The translations under genes were made by a program, and so were the position numbers. A stretch of DNA of 64,000 nt from positions 160,001 through 224,000 of the forward strand of contig CAVOVB010000002.1 of the NCBI GenBank assembly GCA_963699755.1, in the 5' to 3' direction. Positions 10,189-20,598 of the stretch are shown here, one piece after another. The notes under the pieces were generated by a model. It did no database searches, was not told the DNA's origin, and worked only from the letters and a program-made list of their open reading frames with translations. This DNA comes from an uncultured delta proteobacterium. Its GTDB lineage: Bacteria; Myxococcota_A; Polyangia; Polyangiales; Houyiibacteriaceae. How positions within the stretch are numbered: the first letter of the stretch is position 1; each line of letters opens with the position of its first letter.

Positions 10189-11052
10189 CTACGTCCATGC
10201 GTTGCGGTTGCGCTCTACGAATTCAGACAGGCTCGTGGCCGGCCGGCCGATGATTCGCGTCAAAGCCGGATCGACCGCAGCCTCTCCGCCGGCCTTCGCG
10301 TGCGCAAACACCGCGAGCCCCGCCTCGACCAGCCAGGGCGGACTGCCCATCTGCAGCATCATCTCCTTGGCCTGTTCCTCGCCGATGTCGATGTACGTCA
10401 CGGGCTTGTTGATGACTCGCCCGATCTCTGCAGCCACGCCCTTGGCGCCGTACGCCCGTGCGCCGGTGAGCACGTAGGTCTTGTCCCGGTGCTCGTCCGG
10501 GTTCATCAGACACTCGGCTGCTGCTTCTCCAATGTCCAAGGCGTCGATATAGGAAATCAGACCGTCGCCTTGCGGAACGATGATCGAGGACATGGTTCGG
10601 ATCGTTTCTGCCTGGTAGTTGATGAAGTTCTGGAAGAACGAGCACGGCCGCAGAATTGCCCAGCTCGCGCCGGACTCCTTCACGGCGTCGTCGATCTCCC
10701 GATGCCAGGCGCGGAGCGCGGAGCGCTGGTCCCAGCCCACCGCTCGAGACGACAGCCGCACGATGTACGGAACACCGGCTTCGATGGCCGCATCCAACAC
10801 ACGGCGGGATGCCGAAACTTGGTTCTCGATCAAGGGTGTCATGAAGAAGAAGGAATCGATGCCATCGAAAAGCTCCGCAGAGATCGCGTCGTCCTCGAAA
10901 TCGAGGATGACCCGATCCCGCACGTCCCGAAGGGCGCTGGACACGTCACTCGAGGTACGCGTGGCGACCCGAACCTCCGCACCTCGCGTGAGAAGCCCGC
11001 GATAGACTTCGCGACCCACGGCCCCGGTCGCCCCTGTGAGAAATGCTCGCAC
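10189..11052 (-). CDS. NmrA-like NAD(P)-binding protein (atypical SDR)
   Basis: LTGATGAVG, ILRPCSFFQNF, YIDALDIG and YVLTG. Confidence 0.88.
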   Translation of the reverse strand: MRAFLTGATGAVGREVYRGLLTRGAEVRVATRTSSDVSSALRDVRDRVILDFEDDAISAELFDGIDSFFFMTPLIENQVSASRRVLDAAIEAGVPYIVRLSSRAVGWDQRSALRAWHREIDDAVKESGASWAILRPCSFFQNFINYQAETIRTMSSIIVPQGDGLISYIDALDIGEAAAECLMNPDEHRDKTYVLTGARAYGAKGVAAEIGRVINKPVTYIDIGEEQAKEMMLQMGSPPWLVEAGLAVFAHAKAGGEAAVDPALTRIIGRPATSLSEFVERNRNAWT

Positions 11053-11167
11053 GATTCCGATCCACCTCGATCATCGCCGATCGGAGGCCGATCTGCACGA
11101 TCCCGGGCCTTTGCCAGAGGATCTGAACCGGTCAGAGCCCGACTTGAAGTGCTAAGGAGACGATTCG

Positions 11168-12343
11168 ATGTCGACGCAGCTGAAGCCTTCGGCCCCGAGC
11201 CACAATCGGCGGCTCCTGTCACGCGAGTTCCTGCTCCTGCTCGCCTCGGTTTCACTATTTGGATTCTCCTGGTCCTTCTATTTGATCCTGCCGAAATTCT
11301 TCGCGGCCGAGCTCGGCATGGACGCGGCGGCAATCGGTCGCGCGGTGGCGATCCAAGGGCTCACCGCCTTTGCCTTCACGCCTCTGGTCGGCTGGCTCGT
11401 CGATCGCTACGGCCGCAGGCCATGGCTCATTGCCGGAAACCTCATGCTCGCGTTGACTGGAGTGGTCTATCTCTTCGTCGATCAAGAAGGTCCCCTGCTG
11501 TTCCTCGCGCAGATGTCCTGGGGCATCGGAATGGTCATGGGTTTCAATTCGGCGGGCACGATGACTGCGGACATCGCGCCGAGCGACCGAATGGCGCAGG
11601 CGCTCGGCCTGTTCGGGGCCGCGAACCTCGGGATGAACGCAGTCTCACCCACGATCGGGGAGGTTCTCGCGGACTCCGTAGGCTGGCAGTACGTATTCGC
11701 CGCGAGCGCGAGCGCAGGCCTTCTCGCCACGGTGCTCAGCACGCGTTTGCGGGAGCCCGCTCGATATCAAGCGCAGGGGCATGAAGCTCGCCGACCGATC
11801 TTCGGCGGCTCGCTGATGCGGGTGTACGCGGCAACTTTCGTGATGACCGCTGCGTTCACTGCGCTGTTCACGCTCCATCAGCCCTTTGCGCTCGAGCTAG
11901 GCGTCACCGAGGTTCGGAGCTTCTTCATCGGCTTTGCGATCGTCGCGCTCACCGTTCGGCTCGGTGGCGGACGCCTCATCGATCGCTTTGGTGTGCTTCG
12001 GTCTTCGGTCATCGCGTTTTGCCTGTACTCCGCAGTCCCACCGATGCTCGGCATTCTCGGGCCCGGTCATCTCTTTGCGATCGGCGCCATGATGGGCCTC
12101 GGGCACGGCATCGCCTATCCCGCGGTGACGGCCCTCGGAATCGAACGGGCCGACGGATCCTCGCGCGGCATGGTGGTCTCGATCGTCCACGGCGCGTTCA
12201 ACGGAGGACATGCATTTTTTGCGTATGCCCTCGGTTTCGTGGCGGCAGCCTGGGGCTACGACGTGGCTTTTGGGGCCGCTGGCGCGGTGACCTTGTCTGG
12301 AGCCTTCATTCTAAGCGTCAGCCGTCGCACCAAAGTCCTTTAA
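11168..12343 (+). CDS. MFS transporter
   Basis: About 12 hydrophobic segments and motif A (GWLVDRYGRR; GRLIDRFG). Confidence 0.9.
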   Translation: MSTQLKPSAPSHNRRLLSREFLLLLASVSLFGFSWSFYLILPKFFAAELGMDAAAIGRAVAIQGLTAFAFTPLVGWLVDRYGRRPWLIAGNLMLALTGVVYLFVDQEGPLLFLAQMSWGIGMVMGFNSAGTMTADIAPSDRMAQALGLFGAANLGMNAVSPTIGEVLADSVGWQYVFAASASAGLLATVLSTRLREPARYQAQGHEARRPIFGGSLMRVYAATFVMTAAFTALFTLHQPFALELGVTEVRSFFIGFAIVALTVRLGGGRLIDRFGVLRSSVIAFCLYSAVPPMLGILGPGHLFAIGAMMGLGHGIAYPAVTALGIERADGSSRGMVVSIVHGAFNGGHAFFAYALGFVAAAWGYDVAFGAAGAVTLSGAFILSVSRRTKVL

Positions 12344-12400
12344 CGCCGACACGAGGGCTGGTCCTTCTGGTATTTTCCACCCGGGTAGTTTGGATTCGGC

Positions 12401-12772
12401 ATGAAACGGAACGACGACAGCAATCGCCCCGGCTCCGACGCAAAGAGCAAGCTCACTCGCTTGCTCGAAACAGAAGCGCAACTCGAGGGGATGCTCAAAG
12501 AAGCCAGGCGCGAGGCAGCGCAGCTCGTCGAATTGGCCCGCGAAGAAGCGAAGCAGCGCGTCCGCGACTTCGAGTCAGAGCTCGAAAGCGAACATCGCCA
12601 GCTCCGGGATCGAATTGCGCGCGAGCGAGACGAAGCTGTGAAGTCGATCCGAGAGGAGGCGCGGGAGGAAACCGAACGGCTCGTCGGGCTCGACGATGCG
12701 ACGGTCCACCAGCTGGCTCAGCACGTGGTGGGTCTTCTGCTGAATCGAACCGAGTCTGGGGGCTCTCCTTGA
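12401..12772 (+). CDS. A/V-type ATP synthase subunit H (G), peripheral stalk
   Basis: Charged E/R/A-rich coiled coil and first position in the ATPase operon. Confidence 0.7.
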   Translation: MKRNDDSNRPGSDAKSKLTRLLETEAQLEGMLKEARREAAQLVELAREEAKQRVRDFESELESEHRQLRDRIARERDEAVKSIREEAREETERLVGLDDATVHQLAQHVVGLLLNRTESGGSP

Positions 12773-14661
12773 TTCTGAAGATGTCCCGTATCCGAATGCT
12801 CGGCCCGAGAGAACGGCTCCAGTCATGCTTGGCCTGCATCCAGGACCTCGGCTTGGTTCAATTGGTCGAACCCGCCGAGACCGAGTCCCTCAGCCCGCTT
12901 GGGCTCACGCCGGAGCAGGAGCATCACGTGCGCAGCGTTCGCGACGTGGTCCAGGACGTGGACATGGCGCTCGAGCTACTCGGAGAAACGCCAAGCCCGC
13001 CCAGAGCGGCCGAAGACCTGCCGCTAACCGAGGCAGCGTTGATCGCGGGCCGAGCTCGAAGAGAGCTTGAAGCTCTGGCTGAGCAGCGCCAAAGCCTCGA
13101 AGAGGAGCGAGCGCTCATCTTGAAGTTTCGTCCGTTCTTCTCGGCTTTTCGAAAGATCGGCGACTCGGGTCTCGACCTCGACGGCATTCGAGTGTTCTAC
13201 CTCGTGTTGCGCGAGGACGGCGAGGAGGAGCTTCGCCGAATGCGTGCCGCGCTGCGCCAGGCCCTCGGCGAGGGTTTCGAGCTGCTCAGCCAGCCCTCGG
13301 AGTCTGGCGAATCGGCGATGCTTCTGGCCGTGCCCATGGCCGATGCCGCGAAAGCCGAGCAACTTCTCAGTGAGGCCGGCGTCCAATCGCTCTCCCTTCC
13401 CGCCCAGTTCGAAGAGCAGGGCGTGAGCGCGACGATCCAACGCATGCAGGCTCGTCTAGAGGAACTGCCCAAGGAGCTTGCCGCGCTGGAGCAAGAGCGC
13501 GCACGAATCGCCCGTGAGCGCGGCCGAAAGCTCGCGTGGATTCAGGCGAGCGTTCGAGACCACTTGGCGACCGTCGTAGCCATGGAGAAGGCCGTGGTCA
13601 CGCCGCGAGCCTTCGTTCTCGAAGGTTGGGTTCCGAAGGCGGTTCAGCCCGACCTCGAGCGGCGACTCAGCTCACGTTGCGGTCCGGGGTTCGAAATCGA
13701 GACGGTGTCCTCCGAAGAGTGGTCGGGCGACACTGCGCCGGTCGTCCTGCATAACCCTCGTCTGTTTCGTCCATTCGAGGCGATTACGCGGATGATGCCC
13801 CTCCCGAAGTACGGGACGGTCGATCCGACGCCTTTCGTCGCGGTCTTCTTCCCGATGTTCTTCGGCGTCGTCCTCGGTGACGTCGGTTACGGGACCCTCC
13901 TCGCGGCCGTGTCGCTCATCCTGCGCCTCCGTTCAAAGGCCGACACCACTCTGCGATCGGTGTCAGAGATTGGACTCGCCTGCGCCCTATTCTCGGTCAT
14001 CTTCGGCTTCTTGTATGGTGAGCTCTTTGGCGATCTCGGTCACCGGATCGGTCTGCATCCAATCATCTTCAATCGTGAAGAGGCGTTCTTTCCGTTCCTC
14101 GGCTTCGCCATCGCGCTGGGCCTCGTCCACATCGTGGTCGGCTTGCTCGTGGGCGCTGTGAAGATGTTTCGCGGAGACAAACGGCGCGCGCTTGGAAAGG
14201 GCATGGCAGCTTTGATGGTCGTCCTCATCGCGCTCGCGCTCTTGGCGGCGTTCGACATGCTCCCGGAGCGTTTTTTCACGCCGCTGGTGATCACCACGCT
14301 GGTCGCCCTACCCATCTTGATCGTAGGCGAAGGCGTTCTCGCGCCCATCGAGTTCGTCTCCACGTTGGGCAATGTCTTGTCCTACGCGCGCATCATGGCG
14401 GTCGGCACCGCTTCGGTCATGATGGCGGTCGTCGCAAATCGAATGGTCGGCGCCTTCGGCTCGGTCATCGTCGGCATCCTCTTCGCCCTCGTTTTTCATC
14501 TGATCAACTTCGTCCTCGGCGTCTTCAGCCCGACGATTCACGTGCTGCGACTTCACTACGTGGAGTTCTTTGGAAAGTTCTACAGCCCGGGCGGTGCGCA
14601 GTACCGGCCGTTTCGACATTGGTCCCCGCGCGAAAGCGCTTCCGACGAGAGGAGCGAGTGA
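12769..14661 (+). CDS. atpI: A/V-type ATP synthase subunit I (a)
   Basis: PKYGTVDPTP, FFGVVLGDVGYG, LSYARIMA (essential Arg) and LRLHYVEFFGKFY. TTG start overlaps the upstream stop. Confidence 0.93.
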   Translation: MILKMSRIRMLGPRERLQSCLACIQDLGLVQLVEPAETESLSPLGLTPEQEHHVRSVRDVVQDVDMALELLGETPSPPRAAEDLPLTEAALIAGRARRELEALAEQRQSLEEERALILKFRPFFSAFRKIGDSGLDLDGIRVFYLVLREDGEEELRRMRAALRQALGEGFELLSQPSESGESAMLLAVPMADAAKAEQLLSEAGVQSLSLPAQFEEQGVSATIQRMQARLEELPKELAALEQERARIARERGRKLAWIQASVRDHLATVVAMEKAVVTPRAFVLEGWVPKAVQPDLERRLSSRCGPGFEIETVSSEEWSGDTAPVVLHNPRLFRPFEAITRMMPLPKYGTVDPTPFVAVFFPMFFGVVLGDVGYGTLLAAVSLILRLRSKADTTLRSVSEIGLACALFSVIFGFLYGELFGDLGHRIGLHPIIFNREEAFFPFLGFAIALGLVHIVVGLLVGAVKMFRGDKRRALGKGMAALMVVLIALALLAAFDMLPERFFTPLVITTLVALPILIVGEGVLAPIEFVSTLGNVLSYARIMAVGTASVMMAVVANRMVGAFGSVIVGILFALVFHLINFVLGVFSPTIHVLRLHYVEFFGKFYSPGGAQYRPFRHWSPRESASDERSE

Positions 14662-14662
14662 G

Positions 14663-14890
14663 ATGGAAATAGAGACGGTTTTCCTTTACGTGAGCGCCGC
14701 TTTGGCGGTGGGCATACCCGCCCTCGCCACGGCTTGGGCTCAGTCCCGGATCGGCCCTGCCGCCGCGGCGGCGCTCGCCGAGAAGCCCGAGCTCACGGTC
14801 ACGGTCGTGCTTCTGATCGCCATCCCGGAGACCCTGGCCATCCTCGGCTTCGTCGTCGCGGTCCTGATCCTCATGCAGGGGGGCGGCTGA
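14663..14890 (+). CDS. atpK: A/V-type ATP synthase subunit K (c), single hairpin, 75 aa
   Basis: AQSRIG...AEKPE...IPETLAILG with the ion-carrying Glu; GAGGAG RBS upstream. Confidence 0.92.
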   Translation: MEIETVFLYVSAALAVGIPALATAWAQSRIGPAAAAALAEKPELTVTVVLLIAIPETLAILGFVVAVLILMQGGG

Positions 14891-14897
14891 AGCGCCA

Positions 14898-15479
14898 ATG
14901 ATCAGCTCCGACCTCGATACCGAATTGCGCCGTGCCGCGGACAAGACGGCCGAGTCCATCATGAAGGCCGCTCGCGCCGAGGCCGAGGAAATCGCTGCAG
15001 AGGCCAAGCGCTCGATCGAGGAACAGCGCAGAGAGCTCATGGCGGACAAGGAGGCCGAGTACGGTGCGGACGTTCGTCGTGCAATTGCCGCGGAGAGGCA
15101 TGCCGCGATGCGCGACGTGCTCCTGGCGCGGACAGCGCTCGTCGGCCGAGTGCTGGAGCGAGCCAGGGCCCTCCTCCCCCAAGCGGTGGAAAGCCAAGAC
15201 TATTTGTCGGGTCTAGACTCCGAGCTCGCCGAGACCTTGAAGTTCGTCGAGGGCGACGAGGTCGTCGTGCGCTGTTCCCCGACGCTCGAGTCCGCGGTTC
15301 GCAAAGCGCTCACCGAAAGGCCGCAAGTCGAGGTCGAAGCGGAAACCGGTACTGGCAGCGGCTTCATCGTCCTTGGCGGAGGCGGGACCGTGCTCGTCGA
15401 CGGCTGGCTCGATACGCGCATCGATCGCCTAGCCTCATCGTTCGCGATCGAGATCCATGCGCGCTTGAAGGAGCTCTAG
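14898..15479 (+). CDS. atpE: A/V-type ATP synthase subunit E
   Basis: N-terminal coiled coil, C-terminal GFIV...VD globular part and operon position. Confidence 0.8.
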   Translation: MISSDLDTELRRAADKTAESIMKAARAEAEEIAAEAKRSIEEQRRELMADKEAEYGADVRRAIAAERHAAMRDVLLARTALVGRVLERARALLPQAVESQDYLSGLDSELAETLKFVEGDEVVVRCSPTLESAVRKALTERPQVEVEAETGTGSGFIVLGGGGTVLVDGWLDTRIDRLASSFAIEIHARLKEL

Positions 15480-15481
15480 CG

Positions 15482-16498
15482 ATGGCGCGATACTTCGGTG
15501 ACATCAGTGTGCGCGCGCGCGGCCTTCGTACCCATCTGCTGCCATCATCGGATTTGGAGCGGCTCGCGCGGGCAACGAGCCTCCTCACACTGCAGCGAGA
15601 GCTCAGCGCGCTTGGCTTGGTCCGATCGGAGGCTCCGGCGACCCCAGCGAGCCTGGAGAAAGGGATCCGCCATCACGCCGCGAGCCGAATGCGAGTTCTC
15701 GAACGCTGGTGCAGTGACGACCGGCGCCTCGCGTTCTCGGTCCTTTTCGAGGACGAGGATCGACGATCGATTCAAGCGATCCTACGTGGCACGGAACAAG
15801 GCGTGGCATCAGAGGCGCGCATGGCGGGCCTGGTTCCGACTTCGAGTCTATCGGAACGCGCGCTCTTGACCCTGGCGAGTCAGCCCACTCCGGCTGACGT
15901 GGTTCGCATGCTCCTACTCTGGAACCACCCCTTCGGCCTGCCACTCGTCGAGGCCGCGAGCAGAGCGCGTCCGTCCTTGTTTGAAATCGAGGTCGCGCTG
16001 GAGCGCGCATTCGCCCGGAGAGCTTCGTCGCGGGCACGAGAAGGTGGCGCGCAACTAATCGAATACGTCGGTCAGATCATCGATCTGATGAACGCCTGGT
16101 CGGCCTTGCTGCACTTCGTCGAGCGCGACCCGAGGATCGTCGAGCTGACGTTCGTCGAAGGTGGACAGTGGCTCACGCGGGACGCGTTGGAGAGGCTCAT
16201 GGGCCTCCCTACCCTGGAAGACGTCGGGAGGGAGCTCGCCTGGGAGCTCCGCAAGTCAGGGCTCGGTTCGGCGTTTGCCGGAGGCATCGACGACCTCGCG
16301 GGCTTGGAAGGCGCGGCTCTTCGTGCCCAGATCGATTGGCTCAAACGATCGTTGCGCATCGATCCGAGCGGCGCCGCACCGGTGATTGGCTTTGCGATTG
16401 AGCTTCGCGCGGAAGTCCTGAACTTGAGACGCATCATCTGGGGCGTTGCCTTGCGGGCGCCTTCGGCGCTCATCCAGGCCGAAATGGTGCTCGCATGA
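15482..16498 (+). CDS. atpC: A/V-type ATP synthase subunit C (d)
   Basis: VRARGLRTHLL N-terminus, EVLNLRRIIWG C-terminal motif and operon position. Confidence 0.82.
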   Translation: MARYFGDISVRARGLRTHLLPSSDLERLARATSLLTLQRELSALGLVRSEAPATPASLEKGIRHHAASRMRVLERWCSDDRRLAFSVLFEDEDRRSIQAILRGTEQGVASEARMAGLVPTSSLSERALLTLASQPTPADVVRMLLLWNHPFGLPLVEAASRARPSLFEIEVALERAFARRASSRAREGGAQLIEYVGQIIDLMNAWSALLHFVERDPRIVELTFVEGGQWLTRDALERLMGLPTLEDVGRELAWELRKSGLGSAFAGGIDDLAGLEGAALRAQIDWLKRSLRIDPSGAAPVIGFAIELRAEVLNLRRIIWGVALRAPSALIQAEMVLA

Positions 16499-16824
16499 AG
16501 GAGCAACGACTAGTGGTGATCGCAAGCCAAGGTTTGAGCACCGGATTTGCATTGGCCGGGGTGCCCGTTTTCGAGGCAAGCGACGGAGTCGATGCAGCCA
16601 ATCAGATCGATCGCTTGGCAGAGAGCGACGGCGCGGGAATCATCATCATCGACGAACCTCTCTACCGGGACATCCCGGAGGAAGCTCGGCGGGCCCTTCA
16701 GCGATCCGCGCTCCCTGTCGTCATTCCAGTGCCCGGCCCCGACTGGACCACCGAGGCTACGGCTCACGAATACATCGTCGAGATCCTTCGGCGCGCGATC
16801 GGCTATCGGGTGAAGCTCCAATGA
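16495..16824 (+). CDS. atpF: A/V-type ATP synthase subunit F
   Basis: GFALAGV, GIIIIDE, PVVIPVP and RRAIG. Confidence 0.92.
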   Translation: MKEQRLVVIASQGLSTGFALAGVPVFEASDGVDAANQIDRLAESDGAGIIIIDEPLYRDIPEEARRALQRSALPVVIPVPGPDWTTEATAHEYIVEILRRAIGYRVKLQ

Positions 16825-18557
16825 CCGAGGCGCGCATCATCCGAGTCGCCGGCGCGATCGCCGAAGCACAGCCGCTTGGCGATGTCGGCCTCTACGAGCT
16901 CGTCGAAGTTGGCGAACGTAGGCTGCTCGGCGAGGTGATTCGTCTCCAAGACGACGTCGCGACCATCCAGGTCTTCGAAGAAACCAGCGGCCTCGGGCTG
17001 CATGAACCAGTGCGCCCCACTGGGAGTGCGCTCATGACCCGCCTGGGGCCGGGCTTGCTCGGCTCCATTCTCGACGGCGTCGGGCGGCCGCTGGCAGGCC
17101 TCGCCGAACGCTCGGGTGACTTCATGGCGCCTGGAATGACCTTGCCCACCCTCGACCCCGAGACCCGCTGGTCGTTCTCGCCAGCGGTCCAAGCGGGCAC
17201 CGAGGTGAATGCTGGCGACGTCTTGGGTCTGATCGAAGAGCGCCCAGCAATGATGCACCGGGTTCTGGTGCCACCCGGACTGACGGGTCGGGTCGCAGAC
17301 ATTCAGGAGGGAAGCTTCACTGTTGCCGACACGATCGGCGCCTTGGATGACGGAACGCCCCTCACGCTTTCGCAACCCTGGGCGATTCGCCAACGGCGTC
17401 CGTTCGCGCGACGTCTCCCCGGCGACCGCCCGTTCATCACCGGGCAGCGAGTCTTCGATCTGCTCTTTCCCGTCGTCGAGGGGGGTTCGGTCGCCGTGCC
17501 GGGCGGGTTCGGCACCGGCAAGACCGTGATCGAGCAGTCGCTGGCCAAGTACGCCAAGGCCGACATCATGGTCTACATCGGCTGCGGCGAGCGCGGGAAC
17601 GAAATGGCCGAGGTCCTCCACGACTTCAGCCGCCTCACCGATCCCAAAACCGGTCGACCGATCATGGATCGAACGATCCTGATCGTGAACACCTCGAACA
17701 TGCCCGTCGCTGCGCGAGACGCGTCTGTCTATCTCGGGATGACGATCGCCGAGTACTACCGAGACATGGGCTACCACGTCGCCATCCTGGCGGATTCCCT
17801 TTCACGCTGGGCCGAGGCGCTCCGGGAAATCGCCGCCCGCCTTCAAGAGATGCCCGGCGAGGAAGGCTACCCAACCTATCTTGCCAATCGAATGAGCCGT
17901 CTATACGAACGCGCTGGTCGAGTCGAGACTCAGGGCACACCCGGGCGCACTGGCGCAGTGACATTCATCAGCGCGATTTCTCCGCCGGGTGGTGACTTCG
18001 CCGAGCCTGTGACTCAAGCCTCGCTGCGCGTGGTCGGTGCGCTATGGGCGCTCGATCCGCGCCTCGCGCATCAACGTCAATTTCCCGCCGTAGACTGGGA
18101 CATCAGCTACAGCCTCTATGCCGACGGCACGAGGGCTTGGTTCTCGGAGGCAGGCGGGCCGGATTGGTCGGAGCTCAGAGTTGAAACGGTTCGACTCCTG
18201 CAACGGGATCGGGAGCTCCGGGAAATCGCCGGCCTCGTTGGGGTCGACGCGCTCGAAGACGAAGATCGCCTCGTGCTCGAAGGCGCAAGGATCGCCCGCG
18301 AGTTTCTCATAGGGCAGAACGCCTTCCATCCACACGACGCCTTTTCGAGCGTGGAAAAGACCTACCAGCTGGTGAAGCTGCTCTGGTCTTTCATGCAGAC
18401 GGGAGAGGCGGCTCTAAGGGAAGGCGTCGGCTTCGAGAAGCTCGACCTCGCGGCCGTCCGAGTCGCGTTCGGGTCCGTGAAGACGGCGGCCCCCGACGAC
18501 TTGGGTCAGCAGATTTCAGAAGCTCAGCAAACCATCGCGGAGATGAGGCCAGCATGA
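16821..18557 (+). CDS. atpA: A/V-type ATP synthase catalytic subunit A
   Basis: GGFGTGKT Walker A, GCGERGNEM, NTSNMPVAAR and PGEEGYP. ATGA overlap fixes the start. Confidence 0.97.
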   Translation: MTEARIIRVAGAIAEAQPLGDVGLYELVEVGERRLLGEVIRLQDDVATIQVFEETSGLGLHEPVRPTGSALMTRLGPGLLGSILDGVGRPLAGLAERSGDFMAPGMTLPTLDPETRWSFSPAVQAGTEVNAGDVLGLIEERPAMMHRVLVPPGLTGRVADIQEGSFTVADTIGALDDGTPLTLSQPWAIRQRRPFARRLPGDRPFITGQRVFDLLFPVVEGGSVAVPGGFGTGKTVIEQSLAKYAKADIMVYIGCGERGNEMAEVLHDFSRLTDPKTGRPIMDRTILIVNTSNMPVAARDASVYLGMTIAEYYRDMGYHVAILADSLSRWAEALREIAARLQEMPGEEGYPTYLANRMSRLYERAGRVETQGTPGRTGAVTFISAISPPGGDFAEPVTQASLRVVGALWALDPRLAHQRQFPAVDWDISYSLYADGTRAWFSEAGGPDWSELRVETVRLLQRDRELREIAGLVGVDALEDEDRLVLEGARIAREFLIGQNAFHPHDAFSSVEKTYQLVKLLWSFMQTGEAALREGVGFEKLDLAAVRVAFGSVKTAAPDDLGQQISEAQQTIAEMRPA

Positions 18558-19963
18558 AGCGAGCACATGCACCGATTGCTCGAACGTACACGGGTGCCGC
18601 CTCGGCAGCGGGTCCACTGATTTTCGTCCGTTCCACAAGGCGCGCGAGGCTTGGCGAGTGGGTTCGCATCGGAGGCATCGGCCAGGAGGATCGACGGGGG
18701 CAGGTCATCGACGTCGGCGACGAGATCACCGTCATCCAGGTGTTCGAGGACACCCTTGGGCTCAAGCCTTCAGACGCTAGGATTACCTTGACCGGCGAGA
18801 CGGCAACGACGGTGGTCGGCCTGGACCTGCTCGGGCGAGCGCTCAGCGGCACCGGCGAACCGCTCGACGGGCTCCCACCGTCGATCGGCGAAGCCCGTCT
18901 TCCCATCTGGGGCGCTCCCATCAACCCAGTTCGAAGGCAACACCCGTCGGATTTCATCGAAACCGGAGTGTCGGCCATCGACGGAATGAACACCCTCGTA
19001 CGGGGCCAGAAGCTCCCGGTGTTTTCGGCGCCCGGCCTGCCGGGGGTGGAGCTTGCAGCCGACATCGTGGAGAACGCGCGGCCTGCTCGCGGAGAGCCCT
19101 TTGCAGTGGTGTTCGCCGCCATGGGGATCACCGAGCGCGAAACACAGTCGTTCGTATCCCGGTTTCGCGAGAGCGAGGTGATGGAGCGCACTGTGCTCTT
19201 CCTCAACCAGGCGAGCGACCCGACCATCGAGCGCCTGCTCACCCCGCGAGTTGCGCTGACGGCTGCCGAGCACCTCGCGTTCACGCACGGGATTCACGTT
19301 CTCGTCGTGATGGCTGACATCACCCACTACGCGGAGGCTCTTCGCGAAATCGCCGCCGCGCGCGAAGAGATTCCGGGACGGCGCGGGTATCCCGGCTACA
19401 TGTACACCGATCTGGCATCGCTGTTCGAGCGCGCCGGAGTTCTCAAGGGCGGCACCGGCTCGGTCACACAGTTGCCGGTCGTCTCTCTTCCCGATGGCGA
19501 CATGACCCATCCGATTCCCGATCTCACCGGATACATCACCGAGGGGCAAATCGTCTTGAGCCGCGAGCTGCATCAACGCGGCGTGTACCCGCCGATCGAC
19601 GTCCTCCCTTCGCTTTCCCGCTTGATGAACGCCGGCATCGGCGAGGGGCGGACCGTGCCAGAGCATCGCGAGTGGGCGAACCAGCTCTATGCGATTTACG
19701 CGCGAGGCCGCGAAGCAAAGCTCATGGCGGCGATCGTCGGGAGCGAAGGGCTCGCGCCGGGCGACCGACGCGCCCTCGACTTCGTCGACGCGTTCGAAAC
19801 GCAGCTCATCGATCAAAGTGGCGCGCGGCGCTCTTTGGCCGAGACGATCCGGGTTGGCTGGTCGCTCCTCGAGACACTGCCTCGCGACGAGCTCAGTCGC
19901 ATCTCGGAAGAGGCTTGGAAATCGCACACAGGCACCGTCAAGACTGGGGAGGCCCGGCAATGA
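18554..19963 (+). CDS. atpB: A/V-type ATP synthase subunit B
   Basis: GQKLPVFS, PGRRGYPGYMYTDL, THPIPDLTGYITEGQ and LPSLSRLM. Confidence 0.97.
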   Translation: MKRAHAPIARTYTGAASAAGPLIFVRSTRRARLGEWVRIGGIGQEDRRGQVIDVGDEITVIQVFEDTLGLKPSDARITLTGETATTVVGLDLLGRALSGTGEPLDGLPPSIGEARLPIWGAPINPVRRQHPSDFIETGVSAIDGMNTLVRGQKLPVFSAPGLPGVELAADIVENARPARGEPFAVVFAAMGITERETQSFVSRFRESEVMERTVLFLNQASDPTIERLLTPRVALTAAEHLAFTHGIHVLVVMADITHYAEALREIAAAREEIPGRRGYPGYMYTDLASLFERAGVLKGGTGSVTQLPVVSLPDGDMTHPIPDLTGYITEGQIVLSRELHQRGVYPPIDVLPSLSRLMNAGIGEGRTVPEHREWANQLYAIYARGREAKLMAAIVGSEGLAPGDRRALDFVDAFETQLIDQSGARRSLAETIRVGWSLLETLPRDELSRISEEAWKSHTGTVKTGEARQ

Positions 19964-20595
19964 GCACGCGTTCGGTGCCGCCGACTCGCTCCGGGCTCGT
20001 TCGCGCGAGCGCGCAGCTTGGACGCGTGAAGAAAGGCCGCGAGCTCCTCAATCGCAAACGTGAAGCCTTGATCACGGAGCTCTTCAAGAGCGCGCGGCCG
20101 GCATTGAATGCTCGTCGAGAAGTCGAGGAGCGCGCCGGCAAGGCCTACGATGCGCTCCTCGACGCCTTAGCTGCACGCGGAGGAGCGAGCTTGCAAAGCG
20201 ATGCGTGGCCCGCCCGAGAGGTCGCGGTCGAGCTCGAACACAAGCTGATTTGGGGCATCGCCGTGCCTTCGGTCGTTTCACACAGCCCAATCCTGCGCAC
20301 CTTGACCGCCCGCGATACCGCCGCCGCCTCGATAGGCCCGGCAGCCGCACAGACCGCCACCGAGTTCGAGCGATTGGTCGAGCTGGTCCTCGACGCGCTT
20401 CCCAAGGAACAGCTGGTTCGACGCCTCGGCGACGCGCTTGCAAAGGCGACACGCCAAGTCAATACGCTTCAGCTGCGCGTCGAGCCGACGCTGACCGCGG
20501 AGCTGAGCTCTGTGAAACGAATGCTCGAGGAACGGGAGCGCGACGAGCGCTCGAGGTTGCGCCACGTGCTGCGCCGCCGAAAGAAGATGAGCTGA
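19960..20595 (+). CDS. atpD: A/V-type ATP synthase subunit D
   Basis: PPTR...GRELLNRKREAL, TRQVNTL and LEERER. ATGA overlap with subunit B. Confidence 0.9.
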   Translation: MSTRSVPPTRSGLVRASAQLGRVKKGRELLNRKREALITELFKSARPALNARREVEERAGKAYDALLDALAARGGASLQSDAWPAREVAVELEHKLIWGIAVPSVVSHSPILRTLTARDTAAASIGPAAAQTATEFERLVELVLDALPKEQLVRRLGDALAKATRQVNTLQLRVEPTLTAELSSVKRMLEERERDERSRLRHVLRRRKKMS

Positions 20596-20598
20596 CGC

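Noticed and set aside
8592..11784. Long ORFs 8592..10034 (+), 8611..9870 (-) and 10300..11784 (+)
   Set aside because: Arg/Gly-rich shadow frames overlapping well-supported genes, as expected in high-GC DNA.
12019..12768. 250-aa N-terminal extension of ATPase subunit I
   Set aside because: It overlaps the MFS and subunit H genes in another frame; the TTG at 12769 gives a normal subunit I.
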